A stretch of DNA of 63,727 bases, the filler included, from Sanchytrium tribonematis (Eukaryota): the NCBI GenBank assembly GCA_018985235.1. It is 6 parts of 6 records of this genome, joined end to end, with 100 filler letters (N's around TTAATTAATTAA, not from the genome) between each part and the next. Parts side by side here need not be neighbours in the genome. Positions count along the whole stretch, not along the records: positions 1 to 6,489 come from JADGIG010000523.1; positions 6,590 to 13,047 come from JADGIG010000524.1; 4 more parts are not named here. One strand, written 5' to 3'. A model generated the notes under the pieces. It did no database searches. It was not told the DNA's origin and saw only the letters and a program-made list of their open reading frames with translations. The position numbers and the translations under genes were made by a program. Positions 1 to 11,698 of the stretch are shown here, in pieces; position 1 is the first letter of the stretch; each line of letters opens with the position of its first letter.

Positions 1-182
1 GGGGATGATTTACGACCATCTCTTTTATAATATGGATTATCTGCAATATCTGATGCTTCTGTATTGGGTGCTTCATATGTAGGTTGAGATCCTGGTGATG
101 GATATCTGAATGTTTTAGTGCGTACATTGGAATCTAATAGAGTGGGATTGACAGATAATACTTGCTTGATTTTTTTGAACAT
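1..182 (-). CDS. Complex I accessory subunit, fungal 21.3 kDa/NUZM (NDUFA7-like), 5' part; runs off the window
   Basis: Not in the ORF track. Manual translation from ATG 182: MFKKIKQVLSVNPTLLDSNVRTKTFRYPSPGSQPTYEAPNTEASDIADNPYYKRDGRKSS. FRYPSPGS and DIADNPYxKRD match the fungal NUZM signature. Confidence 0.7.
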   Translation of the reverse strand, partial: MFKKIKQVLSVNPTLLDSNVRTKTFRYPSPGSQPTYEAPNTEASDIADNPYYKRDGRKSS

Positions 183-223
183 GTTTGGAGGGGTTTCGAA
201 AAAATATGGATTGATTTTTATTT

Positions 224-988
224 CTAATTACTCAATTTATGTACCGGTTCAGTAGATCGATATTTTCTAATAATTGTTATTACTTCTTTGGCTTCAATGC
301 ACGTAAATGCGACAGATTTTCTTGAAAAGTCAGTAGTTGGATTTCTTTTTAAAGCCCCATGTGTTGTATCTCCACCAAAAATGATTGTATTTCCTTTCAC
401 CATTGGATCTAATATATATGCTTTGTTTGCCAATCCTTCTTTTTGGGAAACCATAGCAAGAGGATGGTCTTTAAGTTCATCTTCTAAATTAATCCAAAAT
501 GTGATTGTGTCGTGAAGAGTTGCGAAATACCCCCTCAAACTTGAATAATCATCTGGCGAATGATACACTTTCGGGAATAATGCTGGAATGTGATATATCC
601 CTAGTGATTGCTGCTTGTCTTTATGCATTTTAGAAGTAGTATCTTTGGATATTTGAAAAGAAGTTGCTTTATAACAAAATACATCCATTTCAAATTTAGA
701 TTTTACGAAAGATTCTAATTTCCTGGTGTACTCAATCAAATTTTCATCATTATTGTAATAAGTTGTGCCACCAATACGCTTTAGATCTTCGACCGTATCT
801 TTATCAAAAACCTCATCAGCGAATTGGAAACCATCATCCTTGAATGTAAATGGTTTGTTTGTTTGTATAGAGCACGAATAAATACTTTCAATTTGTTGAA
901 CATAGTAAGACACGGCACTTTCAGGCTTCTCATATTCTTCTGTAACATCCTTACAATCATGTCCGAATATCAATACATTCCAAAGCAT
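224..988 (-). CDS. AsaB/CmcJ/NvfI-like Fe(II)/2-oxoglutarate oxygenase, short hydrophobic N-terminus (paralog 1)
   Basis: Motifs FTFKDDGFQF, MHKD (HxD), ITFWINL...DHPLA, THGA, RKS in the order typical of this family; N-terminus MLWNVLIFG. Confidence 0.55.
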   Translation of the reverse strand: MLWNVLIFGHDCKDVTEEYEKPESAVSYYVQQIESIYSCSIQTNKPFTFKDDGFQFADEVFDKDTVEDLKRIGGTTYYNNDENLIEYTRKLESFVKSKFEMDVFCYKATSFQISKDTTSKMHKDKQQSLGIYHIPALFPKVYHSPDDYSSLRGYFATLHDTITFWINLEDELKDHPLAMVSQKEGLANKAYILDPMVKGNTIIFGGDTTHGALKRNPTTDFSRKSVAFTCIEAKEVITIIRKYRSTEPVHKLSN

Positions 989-1196
989 GTCAAAATAGTG
1001 GCTGTCTCCTTTTAAAACAAATAAGTGAGTACATCATTTCATTGTACGTCCTTGTGGTTTCAAAATTGTCACACAGGGTGGCACTAAATGTTACAAATTG
1101 CATTGCACATCACACGAGGCAAAACACAAGATTGACAGATTCTTGATTTGTTTGAACATGTTTGGAGGGGTTGTGAAAAAATATTTTGATTGATTT

Positions 1197-2006
1197 TTAT
1201 TTCTCCTCTTGAAACGTATATTGTTCCACTTTAGTAGATTGATGGTTTCTTATGATTGCCATTTCAAACTCATCAGCTTCAATGCATGTAAATGATACAG
1301 ATTTTCTTTCAAAGTCAGTGTTTGGTACTCTTTTCAATGCCCCATGTACTGTCTCTCCACCATAGAAAGCTATAACTTCCCCTTTCTTCATCTTATCAAA
1401 TAGATACGCTCTATTATTAGGTCCCCTTTTAGAAACAAGGGCAAGAGGATGATCTATAATTTCCTCTTCTAAATTAATCCAAAATTGTATTGTAGGTCTG
1501 GCTATCGCAAAGTATCTTTTTAGAAGATCTAAACTTGACTTATATTTTCGCTGTAATATTGGCAGTAATGACATTAGTGTAAGGTCATTCAATTCTACTT
1601 TATCGACGTGCATTTTTGATTCAGTTAATTTTGATTTTTTAAATGTTAATACATCAGTACAAAAAACATCCTTTTTGTATTTGCTTTTTACAAAAGATTC
1701 CAAGTATTTGCTATAAGCAATCGTCTGAGTAAAACTGTTGTAAAAAATGTATTGCTGCTTCACGTTTTTAGCAATCCAATCTATTTTGCTTTCATCAAAT
1801 ACAATTTGCAAAAATTCAAAGCCATCTTTTTCCAATTCAAATTCTTGGGTAGATTGTACTGATGATTCATCTTTAGAGCACGAGTAAATTTCATCAATAG
1901 TCCCCACGTCAATTCCATAGTTTTCGTCATTTTTACTTTCAGGCTTCTCATATTGCTCTGTAACATCGACGCAAACATGTCCAAATATCAATAAATTCCA
2001 AAGCAT
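1197..2006 (-). CDS. AsaB/CmcJ/NvfI-like Fe(II)/2OG oxygenase (paralog 2)
   Basis: FELEKDGFEF, MHVD, IQFWINL...DHPLAL, MKKGEVIAF, VHGA, RKS; colinear with 224..988. Confidence 0.55.
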   Translation of the reverse strand: MLWNLLIFGHVCVDVTEQYEKPESKNDENYGIDVGTIDEIYSCSKDESSVQSTQEFELEKDGFEFLQIVFDESKIDWIAKNVKQQYIFYNSFTQTIAYSKYLESFVKSKYKKDVFCTDVLTFKKSKLTESKMHVDKVELNDLTLMSLLPILQRKYKSSLDLLKRYFAIARPTIQFWINLEEEIIDHPLALVSKRGPNNRAYLFDKMKKGEVIAFYGGETVHGALKRVPNTDFERKSVSFTCIEADEFEMAIIRNHQSTKVEQYTFQEEK

Positions 2007-2154
2007 GTCAAAATAGTTGCTGTCTCCTTTTTAAAACAAATAAGTGAGTACATCAATTCATAGTACGTCCTTGTGGTTTCACAATAGTCGTACAAAATGC
2101 TACACGAGGCAAACACAAAGAATTACAATTATCTCGCAACATTTCATTTATTTT

Positions 2155-3240
2155 TTAATGCGTTGAAGTTCTAAACCATTTTGGCTCTTTCTCTACTACC
2201 ATTTTCCCACCATGTTGCATTTTATCAATAAATCCACCTGTTTCATAGAATCCATATGGATTATATCGATCTGGCTTACTAATCTCATTTAATTGATCTA
2301 AAGAAGCATCAGGGATTTCAAATTCCAATGATTTCATAGTCTGTTCCAATTGATCACTAGAACTAGCACCAATAATGACACTGCTCACAGCTGGTCGCTT
2401 TAGACACCAATTAATGGCGCATTGAACAGGTTCTCTCCCTACTTCCTTTGAAACATGTTTCAATTTCTCCAAAATATCCCAACAATTTTTGTTTTTCAAA
2501 AAGTGGTCATATGTGCCAGTCTTCATTCTACCTTGTAATGATTCTTTAGATTGTTTACCAGTCAAAAATCCACCTGCTAAAGGTGACCATGGCACAATTG
2601 AAATTCCATAATATTTGCACATATCTGCATATTCCAACTCCAAATTACGTTCTACCAAGTTATATTCCATTTGAATACATGCAATACGATCATATCCATG
2701 TTCCATAGCCAATGATTGACATCTACTGACAAACCACGCAGGACAATCTGATAATCCAATATGATTCACTTTCCCACTTTGAATCAACATATCCAATGAT
2801 TTCATGACTTCCTCAGGTGTTGAAATCGTATCCCAAAAGTGTAAATAGAGTAAATCAATATAATCAGTTTGTAAAGACTCTAAAGATCTCTCAAGTGATT
2901 TATACATGCTTTTTCTGCCATTTCCTAAATAATTGATATTATCTTTCAATTTACCAGTGAATTTAGTGGCTACTACCATATCATCACGAATCCCATTCTC
3001 TTTCAAGTATTTTCCAATCACTTGCTCAGATTCCCCATTTGTGTAGAAATTAGCCGTATCAATAAAATTACCATTTGATTTAATGTACGTGTCTAATACG
3101 GAATAAGATGTTTTTTGATCTTTAAACCATGGCACTTGGGTGTTGTTAATGGACATATTCATCGTCCCTAAACAAATTGGAGATACTCTCAAATTAGAGT
3201 TGCCTAGCGTGTAATAATGTTTGTCAATTGCAATAGTCAT
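2155..3240 (-). CDS. Aldo/keto reductase (aryl-alcohol dehydrogenase-like)
   Basis: LGNSNLRVSPICLGTM, NFIDTANFY, VVATKF, TDYIDLLYLHFWD, PWSPLAGGFLTGK. Confidence 0.92.
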   Translation of the reverse strand: MTIAIDKHYYTLGNSNLRVSPICLGTMNMSINNTQVPWFKDQKTSYSVLDTYIKSNGNFIDTANFYTNGESEQVIGKYLKENGIRDDMVVATKFTGKLKDNINYLGNGRKSMYKSLERSLESLQTDYIDLLYLHFWDTISTPEEVMKSLDMLIQSGKVNHIGLSDCPAWFVSRCQSLAMEHGYDRIACIQMEYNLVERNLELEYADMCKYYGISIVPWSPLAGGFLTGKQSKESLQGRMKTGTYDHFLKNKNCWDILEKLKHVSKEVGREPVQCAINWCLKRPAVSSVIIGASSSDQLEQTMKSLEFEIPDASLDQLNEISKPDRYNPYGFYETGGFIDKMQHGGKMVVEKEPKWFRTSTH

Positions 3241-3451
3241 GAAGATATGGGTAAATGCATCATTTATAATGTCATGAGATGTGTTATTGGACCATGTTGC
3301 GCAACGTGGATAGCCTTGATTGGTTTTAAATGGACCATGTGATTTTTAAATGGCATATTGCAATTAGTGAATCATTTGAAGCGACTTGATACTTTGAGAT
3401 GTCATTTGTTGTGATTCATTGTGTTCTTGTATTTGCGTACAAGGGCGTACA

Positions 3452-6400
3452 TTTTTTTTTTCCTGTTTAATGCACCCACTAGTGAACTACGTGACTAGCA
3501 GGTGGTTATTTATTGAATCATCATAATGACGCACAATATTACTTATTTGAGCAATGTCTCTATTCGTAAATTCCTTATTTTCATATGTTGTTTGACCAAG
3601 TAAATTAAAAATGTAATCTAGTGGTTCTCTTTTATCTGCTATATTTATCGTATTTGTTAGATTTCTTTCTAAATGTCTGTCTAATGCTAATGATGCTTCT
3701 TTATCACAGATTTCATTCCAGTGTATTCCCGCGTGACCTTTAATCCATTTTGTGCTCACTTTTATTACATCTGCTAATTTATTATCACGTAACAATGCTA
3801 TTAAATTCACACTTCTCCATGACTTTTTATTGGATTTGATATTTTCAATGATTTGTAGGGAGGATTGATTATCGCAATAAATTGTTGGTTTCCAGTTTTT
3901 GGGCATCATTTGGATTGCCCTGTTGATTGTGTATAATTCTGCATGGGTGGAAGATGCTGTATGATTCTTTGATGATGATGCACATGTAATTTGTTTGATT
4001 TTATTGCCATTTTTAATATATAAAATGCATCCTGCCATGTGTTTTCCCCGAAGTGATGCATCAGTAAATATAGATTCAGATGCAATTTCTGGATGAGTAG
4101 TAACTTCATTTGTTGTATCTGAGCGATTATTTGGGAAATTTGATTGATTTGATGACGATGGCTGGAGTTGAACATGTTTTAAAGTGCAATGAAAAAGATG
4201 CAAATTTGATTTGAATCCAATATTAGCATCACAATCAAAGCAAGGTTGATTTATATGATATAATTGATGAAAAAATAGCCGCTTTAATGGTTTTATGGAC
4301 ATGATGTATCTGGTTTGTTTATGTGGTAAAAATTGCCAATCAAAATCATCTAGATTTTTGGTATTTTCCAGATCGTTGGATTTCCAGCACTTGTGATTAT
4401 GGTATTTATCGTGTAATTTATCCCAACGGTGTTTAAAATGAGTAAAATTGAAAAATCTGTACAATATTTCGCTGTTGAAATATTTTGGTATTCCAGCTGA
4501 TTTCTTCACAAATCCCTTAATCCAGGCATCTATTAGATCTGCTTTGGTTTTTGTATATTTTAATATGCACATTGCATATTCCAGCTTGGGTAATAGAAAG
4601 ACTTTTAGATACAACAATTTGGAAATTATTTGCATTCCCCCCTTGAAATTCCCCACGTATTTTGAATTTTTGATTGCCAATTTGAGATTATCCATTTTGA
4701 TGTTAATAGTCTCCCCCGCACAGATGCCATTGTATTTTATTCGTACACCCAAAAATCTCTCATGTGTTATTGAACATTTCACATTAGCAAAATCATCCAA
4801 ATTAGGTACAAAAGCCCTTCTATGTAGTATTTTAGTCTTGGACGCATTTAGTGATAAACCTATATTATTTAAACATCCATTTAAACGTGATAAAACCCAT
4901 GCTGGATCTACATTCTCAGAAACCACGCATGCCAAGTCATCAGCATACATTTGTATTTGGATGTGCGCATGTCTAAATTCGTTGTTAATATGATAAGCCA
5001 GGAATAATGAGAATATCACAGGACTCAAAGGAGAGCCCTGCAATATTCCATTATGAATTTTAACAAAATGGGATTTTTCACCATAAATCAACAGAGAGAT
5101 GTATTGCTTGAAGATCAACAAGCACATGATTAGGTACAACATGGCAGATTCAATAAATTTAAACAAGAATGATTCTAATTCTCTATGTTTTATCATATCG
5201 AATGCTTTCGACATGTCTCCAAGTATTAGAAAACAGCGCTTTCTTTTGTTCTTATTGCGTCCCTCGTAATAGTGTCTAGTATTAGAATGGATTTGCATCA
5301 CAGCGTCTTCACAGCCAGTACCAAAAGTATAAGCGAATTGATTTGATGCTTTTGGCAACAAATCAATAATTATTGGTTTAAGCAGCTTTTCCAGGATCTT
5401 CTTCAACACACTACTTAGACTGATTGGTCTGTAGTTATCAATTCTATTTGCGGCTCCAGATTTAAAAATTGGCACCACTAAATTCTTATGAAAATAATCA
5501 GGGGTGAAACCAAATTCAAACATTTGATTGTAAAGAAGAGCGAGTAAAGGTGTGACATAATCGATCACTAATTGAAGTGAATCATACAGAATATCATCAT
5601 TTCCTGGTACACGTCTCCTGGGTGCTTTATTTATTATATTTCTAATTTCATCATTTGTGAATTTATGGGTGGTATTTAATTTGGATCTGGCTCGTCTTTT
5701 GACGTAATTTAGATCCATTTTTTGGTGCGTATGAAATCTAGTTGATAATTTATCTACATAGGTATTCTTCTTATCTGGGTTTAAATGATTAATCGTATTT
5801 TTAAATCTGTACATTTTACTGCTAATTATTTTAATTTGACTATTGCGTGGTAAGGCAGCAATTGATTTATACATGGCCTTGAAGTCAAATGTAGTATCTG
5901 GTATTTCTTCTTCAATGGTGTACTGGTCAATAAAATCAATTTCCATTTCATTTCTAATGATTTTCTTCGAGCATTTGGTCATTGTCTGGTTCAATATTGA
6001 TTTGATTTGCTTACAGTATTTGTTTGAAGTGTTGACTATGCTTTGCATTCCATCATCTTGGTCCATGGAGAGCATTGTATTTAGAGTTGTCTGGAAATCA
6101 GGAGAATTCTTATATTTTTTAAAACAATCTGCATATTCTTCTTTGATTTCATCAGTGATAATGTTTGGAATGTACCATGTATTCCTTTTGTTGAGTTGGA
6201 TCACTAATGATTCTGTTGATATCTCCGTGAAAATAGCCAGATGATCACTGATTAATGGTCCAATTTGAGTAGGCCCAATTTTATGAGCAATGGACTCATT
6301 CAACATGATTCCATCAATACATGATCCAGATGATACTCCTAGTCGTGTAATGGGATCTTCCACATCATAGTCATTAATTATGCAGCCTAGATCCGTGTAA

Positions 6401-6489
6401 ACATTATTTATAAAATTCCATTCATTATTATTTCTAATTTGGACCATGCCACAATTATAGTCACCAATCATTAGGAATTTATTAGATGA
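3452..6489 (-). mobile_element. Non-LTR retrotransposon: endonuclease end, reverse transcriptase, CCHC finger, RNase H, short 3' UTR and A10 tail; 5' end cut by contig end
   Basis: ORF 3487..6471: GDYN/IDG/SDH (APE), NYRPISL, DMSKAFD, QGSPLSP, YADD (RT), CFDC..HLFHC, FTDAS/AEL/CDNQS/KGHAGIHWNEICD (RNase H); T10 at 3452-3461 on the plus strand. Confidence 0.92.
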
Positions 6490-6589
6490 NNNNNNNNNNN
6501 NNNNNNNNNNNNNNNNNNNNNNNNNNNNNNNNNTTAATTAATTAANNNNNNNNNNNNNNNNNNNNNNNNNNNNNNNNNNNNNNNNNNNN
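6490..6589. other. Artificial contig linker
   Basis: N44-TTAATTAATTAA-N44, with stops in all six frames. Confidence 0.98.
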
Positions 6590-7114
6590 ATTAAAAATTG
6601 ATTCATAGACCTGACTCGCAATTTGTAGACCAGCTACCATTTGTTTTTGAGCAGAACTTCCCATTAAGTCTATAAAACTGAGTTCAGCATAAAGAGACAT
6701 GGTACATTGATAAAATGTGTTACTTACTTGCCTTTTTTGTAAATTTGAATGTCTCTTTTGCATCTTTTTAATGGACCAGCTAAGTTGCTTCCCTTGAGAG
6801 CAAACTGTTGAGTAATTTCCAATATAATCTTCCCCATTGTAAAAAATCATCTCACTATTTAACACTTCTAAATGCCAACTATCTGTCGAATTCATAATCA
6901 TCCCATAATACAATTTTTTTTCAATATTGGCTAGAGAGACCATTGATTCTGGCTGATTCTCAATATGACCAGTATAATAGCCATCCCCGTATATACTTGG
7001 AAGCAGATTGATTTTTAGATCGTTAATGACAAGGGCATTGTCCACTATATTTAGTTCTTTTAATATCGAATATTTATGAGCATTGTAGCTGGAGCAGACA
7101 GATGTCAACAGCAT
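6590..7114 (-). CDS. ADAM/reprolysin (M12B)-like metalloprotease, N-terminal part (truncated at contig end)
   Basis: MLLTSVCS signal-like start, prodomain-like YYTGHIENQPESMVSL..YYGMI, KR sites, then ASQVYESIFN as in fungal ADAMs. The catalytic HExxH is not in the window. Confidence 0.6.
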
Positions 7115-7446
7115 ATTGAAAGTGACAAATCTGATTTTTCTGTAATTAATTTGATGTTTGCCAATCTCTGATTGGATAACATATACAAGCGCCAAGGAAT
7201 TTTAAATGACACAGGGTTTGGTTTTAACGACTGAAATACCCATATGCCTTTACATTTGATGACTATTCGAGTACAGGCTGGCATTGAATGGAAAAAAGAT
7301 CACTTTGGTATAATATTGTTGATATATTGATGATGTAAATTAAAGAATGTCTTATGCCAATCCGTATCTATATATCTTGATCACATTGATGCCAAAGGAT
7401 AATATATGGACTCTGCTCATGAATCAATTTGGCAAATCTCCGTGTA

Positions 7447-10309
7447 ATGGAAAATCCTTTTGATCAAGTATTGGCAGATTTAAATCAACAAGAAAACATA
7501 TTTTCATTCGATAAGATACACAAAGTTGATCTAGAAATTGATGATTCCATTGAACATAAATTTGGCGACTTTGAGTTAAAGATTGAGGTTGGTGAAAATA
7601 TAGCTATTCATTTGTACTATCTTGGAACCAAAACTTTAGGTGTCCCATTGTTATTTCATTTGTCTTATGCCAGCAAAGAATCGGGGGTTCAACATGGTAG
7701 ATTAAATCCTGTTGATAATAATTTTGGTTACGATAAATTCTGTCTTTTTCAACCAAGTAAGTTGAAATTTGAACTCAGAACAATTAATGACCCAACCAAT
7801 ATTCTTTATGAACAGTTTCAAAATTATCAATCCAGATTAGCAACTGGATGTATTGGATTGAATAATCAAGGTGCTACGTGCTATATGAATAGTTTGTTGC
7901 AATCATTGTACCATACAAACAATTTTAGAAAAAAAGTATATGAAATTGACACTACGCAAGTCAAAGATCCTAAATCTTCTTTGGTCTTAGCACTGCAAAG
8001 GTTATTTTATAAATTGCAACGGTATGACGATGCTGTTGATACAAACGAGTTGACTGCGAGTTTTGGATGGCATCATTACGAGGCTTTTCAACAGCACGAT
8101 ATACAGGAACTATTAAGAGTTATTTCCGACCATATTGAAGAGCACTTGAAAAAACTAGAAAAGCCTAATTTTATAAAATCTATATTTGGAGGAACCTTAA
8201 AGTCGTATATTAAATGTTTAACTATTGATTATACAAGTGAACAATTTAATCCATTTTATGATTTACAATTGCAAATCAAAGAAAATGGTAATTTGGATAA
8301 TGCATTTAAACAATACTTGGTACAAGAAATGCTAGATGGGGAAAACCAGTACTCACATGAAGGTAAAAAGTATGATGCACACAAGGGACTTATGATATAC
8401 GAATTTCCGGAAGTTTTGCATTTGCAATTGATTCGTTTTGAGTATGATTTCCAGCATGATGCTATGATCAAATTAAATGATTACTTTGAATACCCTAATG
8501 AAATGGATGTTTTGCCCTACTTAGACCAAACAAGTCCACAATACGAGCAATACAAAGATATTGGTCTAATTTATGAATTATATGCAGTAATGGTACATTC
8601 TGGTGATGTAAATCATGGCCACTATTATGCTTTTGTCAAGTATGAGAATAAATGGCTCCGTTGCGACGATGAAAGAGTCACTATTGCCTTGAATCAGCAT
8701 GTATTTCAAGATAATTTTGGGTCGCACGATCTAAATACTAGAACCAATAGATATAAGAGAAACACAAATGCTTACATGTTGGTATATTTTCGTAAAAATA
8801 TGCTGGATGAAATAGTTTGTCCAGTAAACGACATTCCAAAACACGTCAAATCACAAGTTGACTTGGAGATGCAACATTATCTCAAAGAAAAAGCGGAACA
8901 AGCACATTTTCAATCTCATGTAACAGTATTATTTTTCAAGCTAAAAGATGTAAAAGAATACAAAGGAGTTGGATTGTTGCAAATATCCCACCCATTTTTA
9001 CCAACCACCCCATACCTTGCCAAAGAAGTCACCAATGAAACCACTTTTGCATCCGTTCTTCAGCAGTTTTCAAACGAGGAATCTGATATGGTTGACGTCA
9101 AACCGTACTACACAATCCAGTACATAAATGGAATATGGAGACCGATTCACCATATATCTGAAAATAATAGTAATAGCGAATTAGGAAGATATTGCGAGCC
9201 CCAAAGCAGGTGTGTTTATATTTTACAGATGGAAGAAACAAGAGACAGCGAGAATGGTCTTTTAATGTTTTTCAAATATTATGATGGTAAAAGTATGTGC
9301 TATTTACATTACGGATATTACAAGTCTGAGACATTTTCTGAAATCATTGAGCAGTTGACCAAAAGATTTGATTTGCCTAGTGGCTTGTCTATTTATGAGG
9401 AGCCTAGAGATTCGGCGATTGATCCTGCAACAATTGTAGGAGAAATAATTGATTCTGATGGAAACGTCTTTGTTTTGAGTCAATTTCCGATTGCTCAGTT
9501 CTTAAATTACCAACAAAGTTTGCTTGAATTACATGTTAGTCACAAAAGCGAAAAAGGCAAAGAATTTAAACAGATTCTAAGTAGCTCTCTAACATATGAT
9601 TCAGTTGCAAATATTATAGGTAAATTTGAAAATTGCGATCCTAGTTTCATTAGGATATATGCTCCAGATTTTGTGAGAAGATCTGATTTTAGACTCATCA
9701 AGCCAAGAATGGAAATTCAGTATGACGTCAGTGACATGAAAATTGAAGAATTTGAACAATACAATGAAGTGGTTGTGACTCAAATTGGCCAAACTATTAA
9801 GCAAATCGTAATATTTATTAATTTAGAAAACCCACAAGCTTATGCTCAAACAAACAGATACTGTCCAAGAAATCTTGAACAAATTAAATTTTCCTGGAGG
9901 TATGGTTTACTCCACTTTGCATGGAGATGTCAAAGCAAGATATCCATCAACCACTTTAATGGAACTTATACCAACATACTTTCATATCCATGTTGACTGT
10001 CGAATGGATGAATGTATCAAAGTGATACATTTTAACGAAAATCCTTCTAACAAGCATAGCATCCCATTTTTCGTACCCTTCCATAAAACATATAAAGATG
10101 TCAAACCCTGGATCCTTAAAAAATTGGGTTTGACTGAATTTGGCAAGATCAAGGTATTTTGGTTAAATGAGGCCTTCACTTCGAAACCAACTCAACGGGA
10201 ACTGGAAGAAAATGATGAATTAACTATGTCAGAGGTAAATTATATCGGTTTAGACCACGTAGAAAAAAGACCTAGTCAATCAACTAACGCGATAAAGATT
10301 AATAAATAA
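7447..10309 (+). CDS. UBP15: Ubiquitin-specific protease USP7/Ubp15; join(7447..9807,9827..10309)
   Basis: GLNNQGATCYMNSLLQ, QHDIQE, HSGDVNHGHYY, C-terminal IGLDH. A 19-nt intron joins the two ORFs in frame. Confidence 0.9.
9808..9826 (+). other. 19-nt spliceosomal intron
   Basis: GTAATATTTATTAATTTAG; removal gives ..KQI|KTHKLMLKQTDTV.., fusing ORFs 7429 and 9842. Confidence 0.88.
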
Positions 10310-10310
10310 T

Positions 10311-11099
10311 TTATTCAATAAATGAGTTGCGAGATAAACTGTTCAATGATTGCATCGATTGCCGCTGCAAAGTTTTCAAATCACTAGTAGTTGAAAGCCT
10401 TCTTAAATCTGGTGCACAGCGGATTTCATTCCATGAGGAAATTGTGTCTGTGGGTGCAACTGGAGAATCTACAGTAGTTTTTTTATTTTGCTTGTATCTT
10501 CTCCACATAACACCAATTAAAAAAACGAGACCTAGTGCCCCGAATACAATCACAAAATAAGCGTAAATTGGAAAATCACTAAGATGAACTGGTGCAGAAT
10601 CACCAGCTAATGTTACTTGATTTATATCAGAACCAAATTCTCCAAAATAAAGGCCGCACGAGTCTTCCAAATAATGTCTATGAAATCTCATAAAGTAGAA
10701 CTGTCTTTGACTTATTGCGAACTGATTCTCCAAGTATCTAGCCAGAGAGTCTTCATAGTGCATTAAACTTTTCATGCAATCTGTACATGGCAGTTTTAAA
10801 GGAGCCAAGGTCTGGTTTGTATAATAGTAAGTTGGCTTGATGTATTCCAAATATGAAACCCAGCACACCTCACCATCAACTTCAGAACATTTTGCATTAT
10901 ACATTCGTATAAGTAATTGAGCTATTTCCTTATTTTGACAAGGTAGAGTGGTTTTTAATTCCTCCTTGCATTTATCTGAACACTGATTTTCAATCTGTTC
11001 AAGACTGCCTTGTATCTCAACCGAGTATTGAAACGTACATTCTGGAGATATTTTCGGGCAATTTTCATTCAGATTTATCACATATGGTTGGGATACCAT
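10311..11099 (-). CDS. Cys-rich single-pass membrane protein, unknown function
   Basis: Cys-rich N-terminal domain, TM segment IYAYFVIVFGALGLVFLIGVMW followed by RRYK. Confidence 0.7.
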   Translation of the reverse strand: MVSQPYVINLNENCPKISPECTFQYSVEIQGSLEQIENQCSDKCKEELKTTLPCQNKEIAQLLIRMYNAKCSEVDGEVCWVSYLEYIKPTYYYTNQTLAPLKLPCTDCMKSLMHYEDSLARYLENQFAISQRQFYFMRFHRHYLEDSCGLYFGEFGSDINQVTLAGDSAPVHLSDFPIYAYFVIVFGALGLVFLIGVMWRRYKQNKKTTVDSPVAPTDTISSWNEIRCAPDLRRLSTTSDLKTLQRQSMQSLNSLSRNSFIE

Positions 11100-11218
11100 A
11101 ATTGGGAGAGTTTCAGATGTATATACTTGGCATTTTGTTACACGTTCGACTTATCATTTCTCGATAATTATTGTTGTTATAAAAGAGCTACAAATTGGGT
11201 CCATCTCTTTCAACTAAA

Positions 11219-11515
11219 TTATTTAACACTATTTATTGCATTTACTGCATAATCGATTTGAATCAGGATTTTATCTCGAATGAATTTATCATTATCACAA
11301 GAAGTGTCATCGTATCTTTCGTTAAGTAACTTTTTTAATTTTTCCATTAATATCAAACCATTTTCTCTTGCTTCTTTAGACATTTCATCGGGATATTTAG
11401 CGCGTTCTATTACACTTCCGTATTGAAAAGCCTTTCCATATGTTGCTTTAACTAGCCAGTTTATATATTGTTTTCTTTCCTCAAAAGGAATTGGATTTTC
11501 ATATAATTTGCTCAT
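11219..11515 (-). CDS. Hypothetical protein, 98 aa
   Basis: ATG-started ORF filling an otherwise empty gap; no recognised motif. Confidence 0.5.
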   Translation of the reverse strand: MSKLYENPIPFEERKQYINWLVKATYGKAFQYGSVIERAKYPDEMSKEARENGLILMEKLKKLLNERYDDTSCDNDKFIRDKILIQIDYAVNAINSVK

Positions 11516-11549
11516 CTTAGAACTAATAAAAAATTATTTATCAATCAAC

Positions 11550-11696
11550 AAATGTATCAGATAAATGGCTAAAATGATGGTTCCAGGATCCCATCCGCGA
11601 ATCCTGGGATTTGTTGTTGTTTCTGACCCTAATATGAATAACGGTGATGACTAAAGTCATTCATTTCAAATTGAATGAGTATGTCATCCTCGCTGT
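11550..11696 (-). ncRNA. Candidate box H/ACA snoRNA
   Basis: Two hairpins (GATGAC/GTCATC with TCATTCA/TGAATGA; TCAGA/TCTGA with CCAGGAT/ATCCTGG) separated by ATATTA (ANANNA), ending ACA-TTT. Confidence 0.4.
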
Positions 11697-11698
11697 AA

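Larger units (their letters stand above)
147..2120. repeat. Tandem duplication, about 1 kb unit (~147-1129 and ~1130-2120)
   Basis: Flank 989-1129 is near-identical to 2007-2120, and 147-223 resembles 1130-1196 (including a decayed copy of the NUZM start). Confidence 0.85.
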
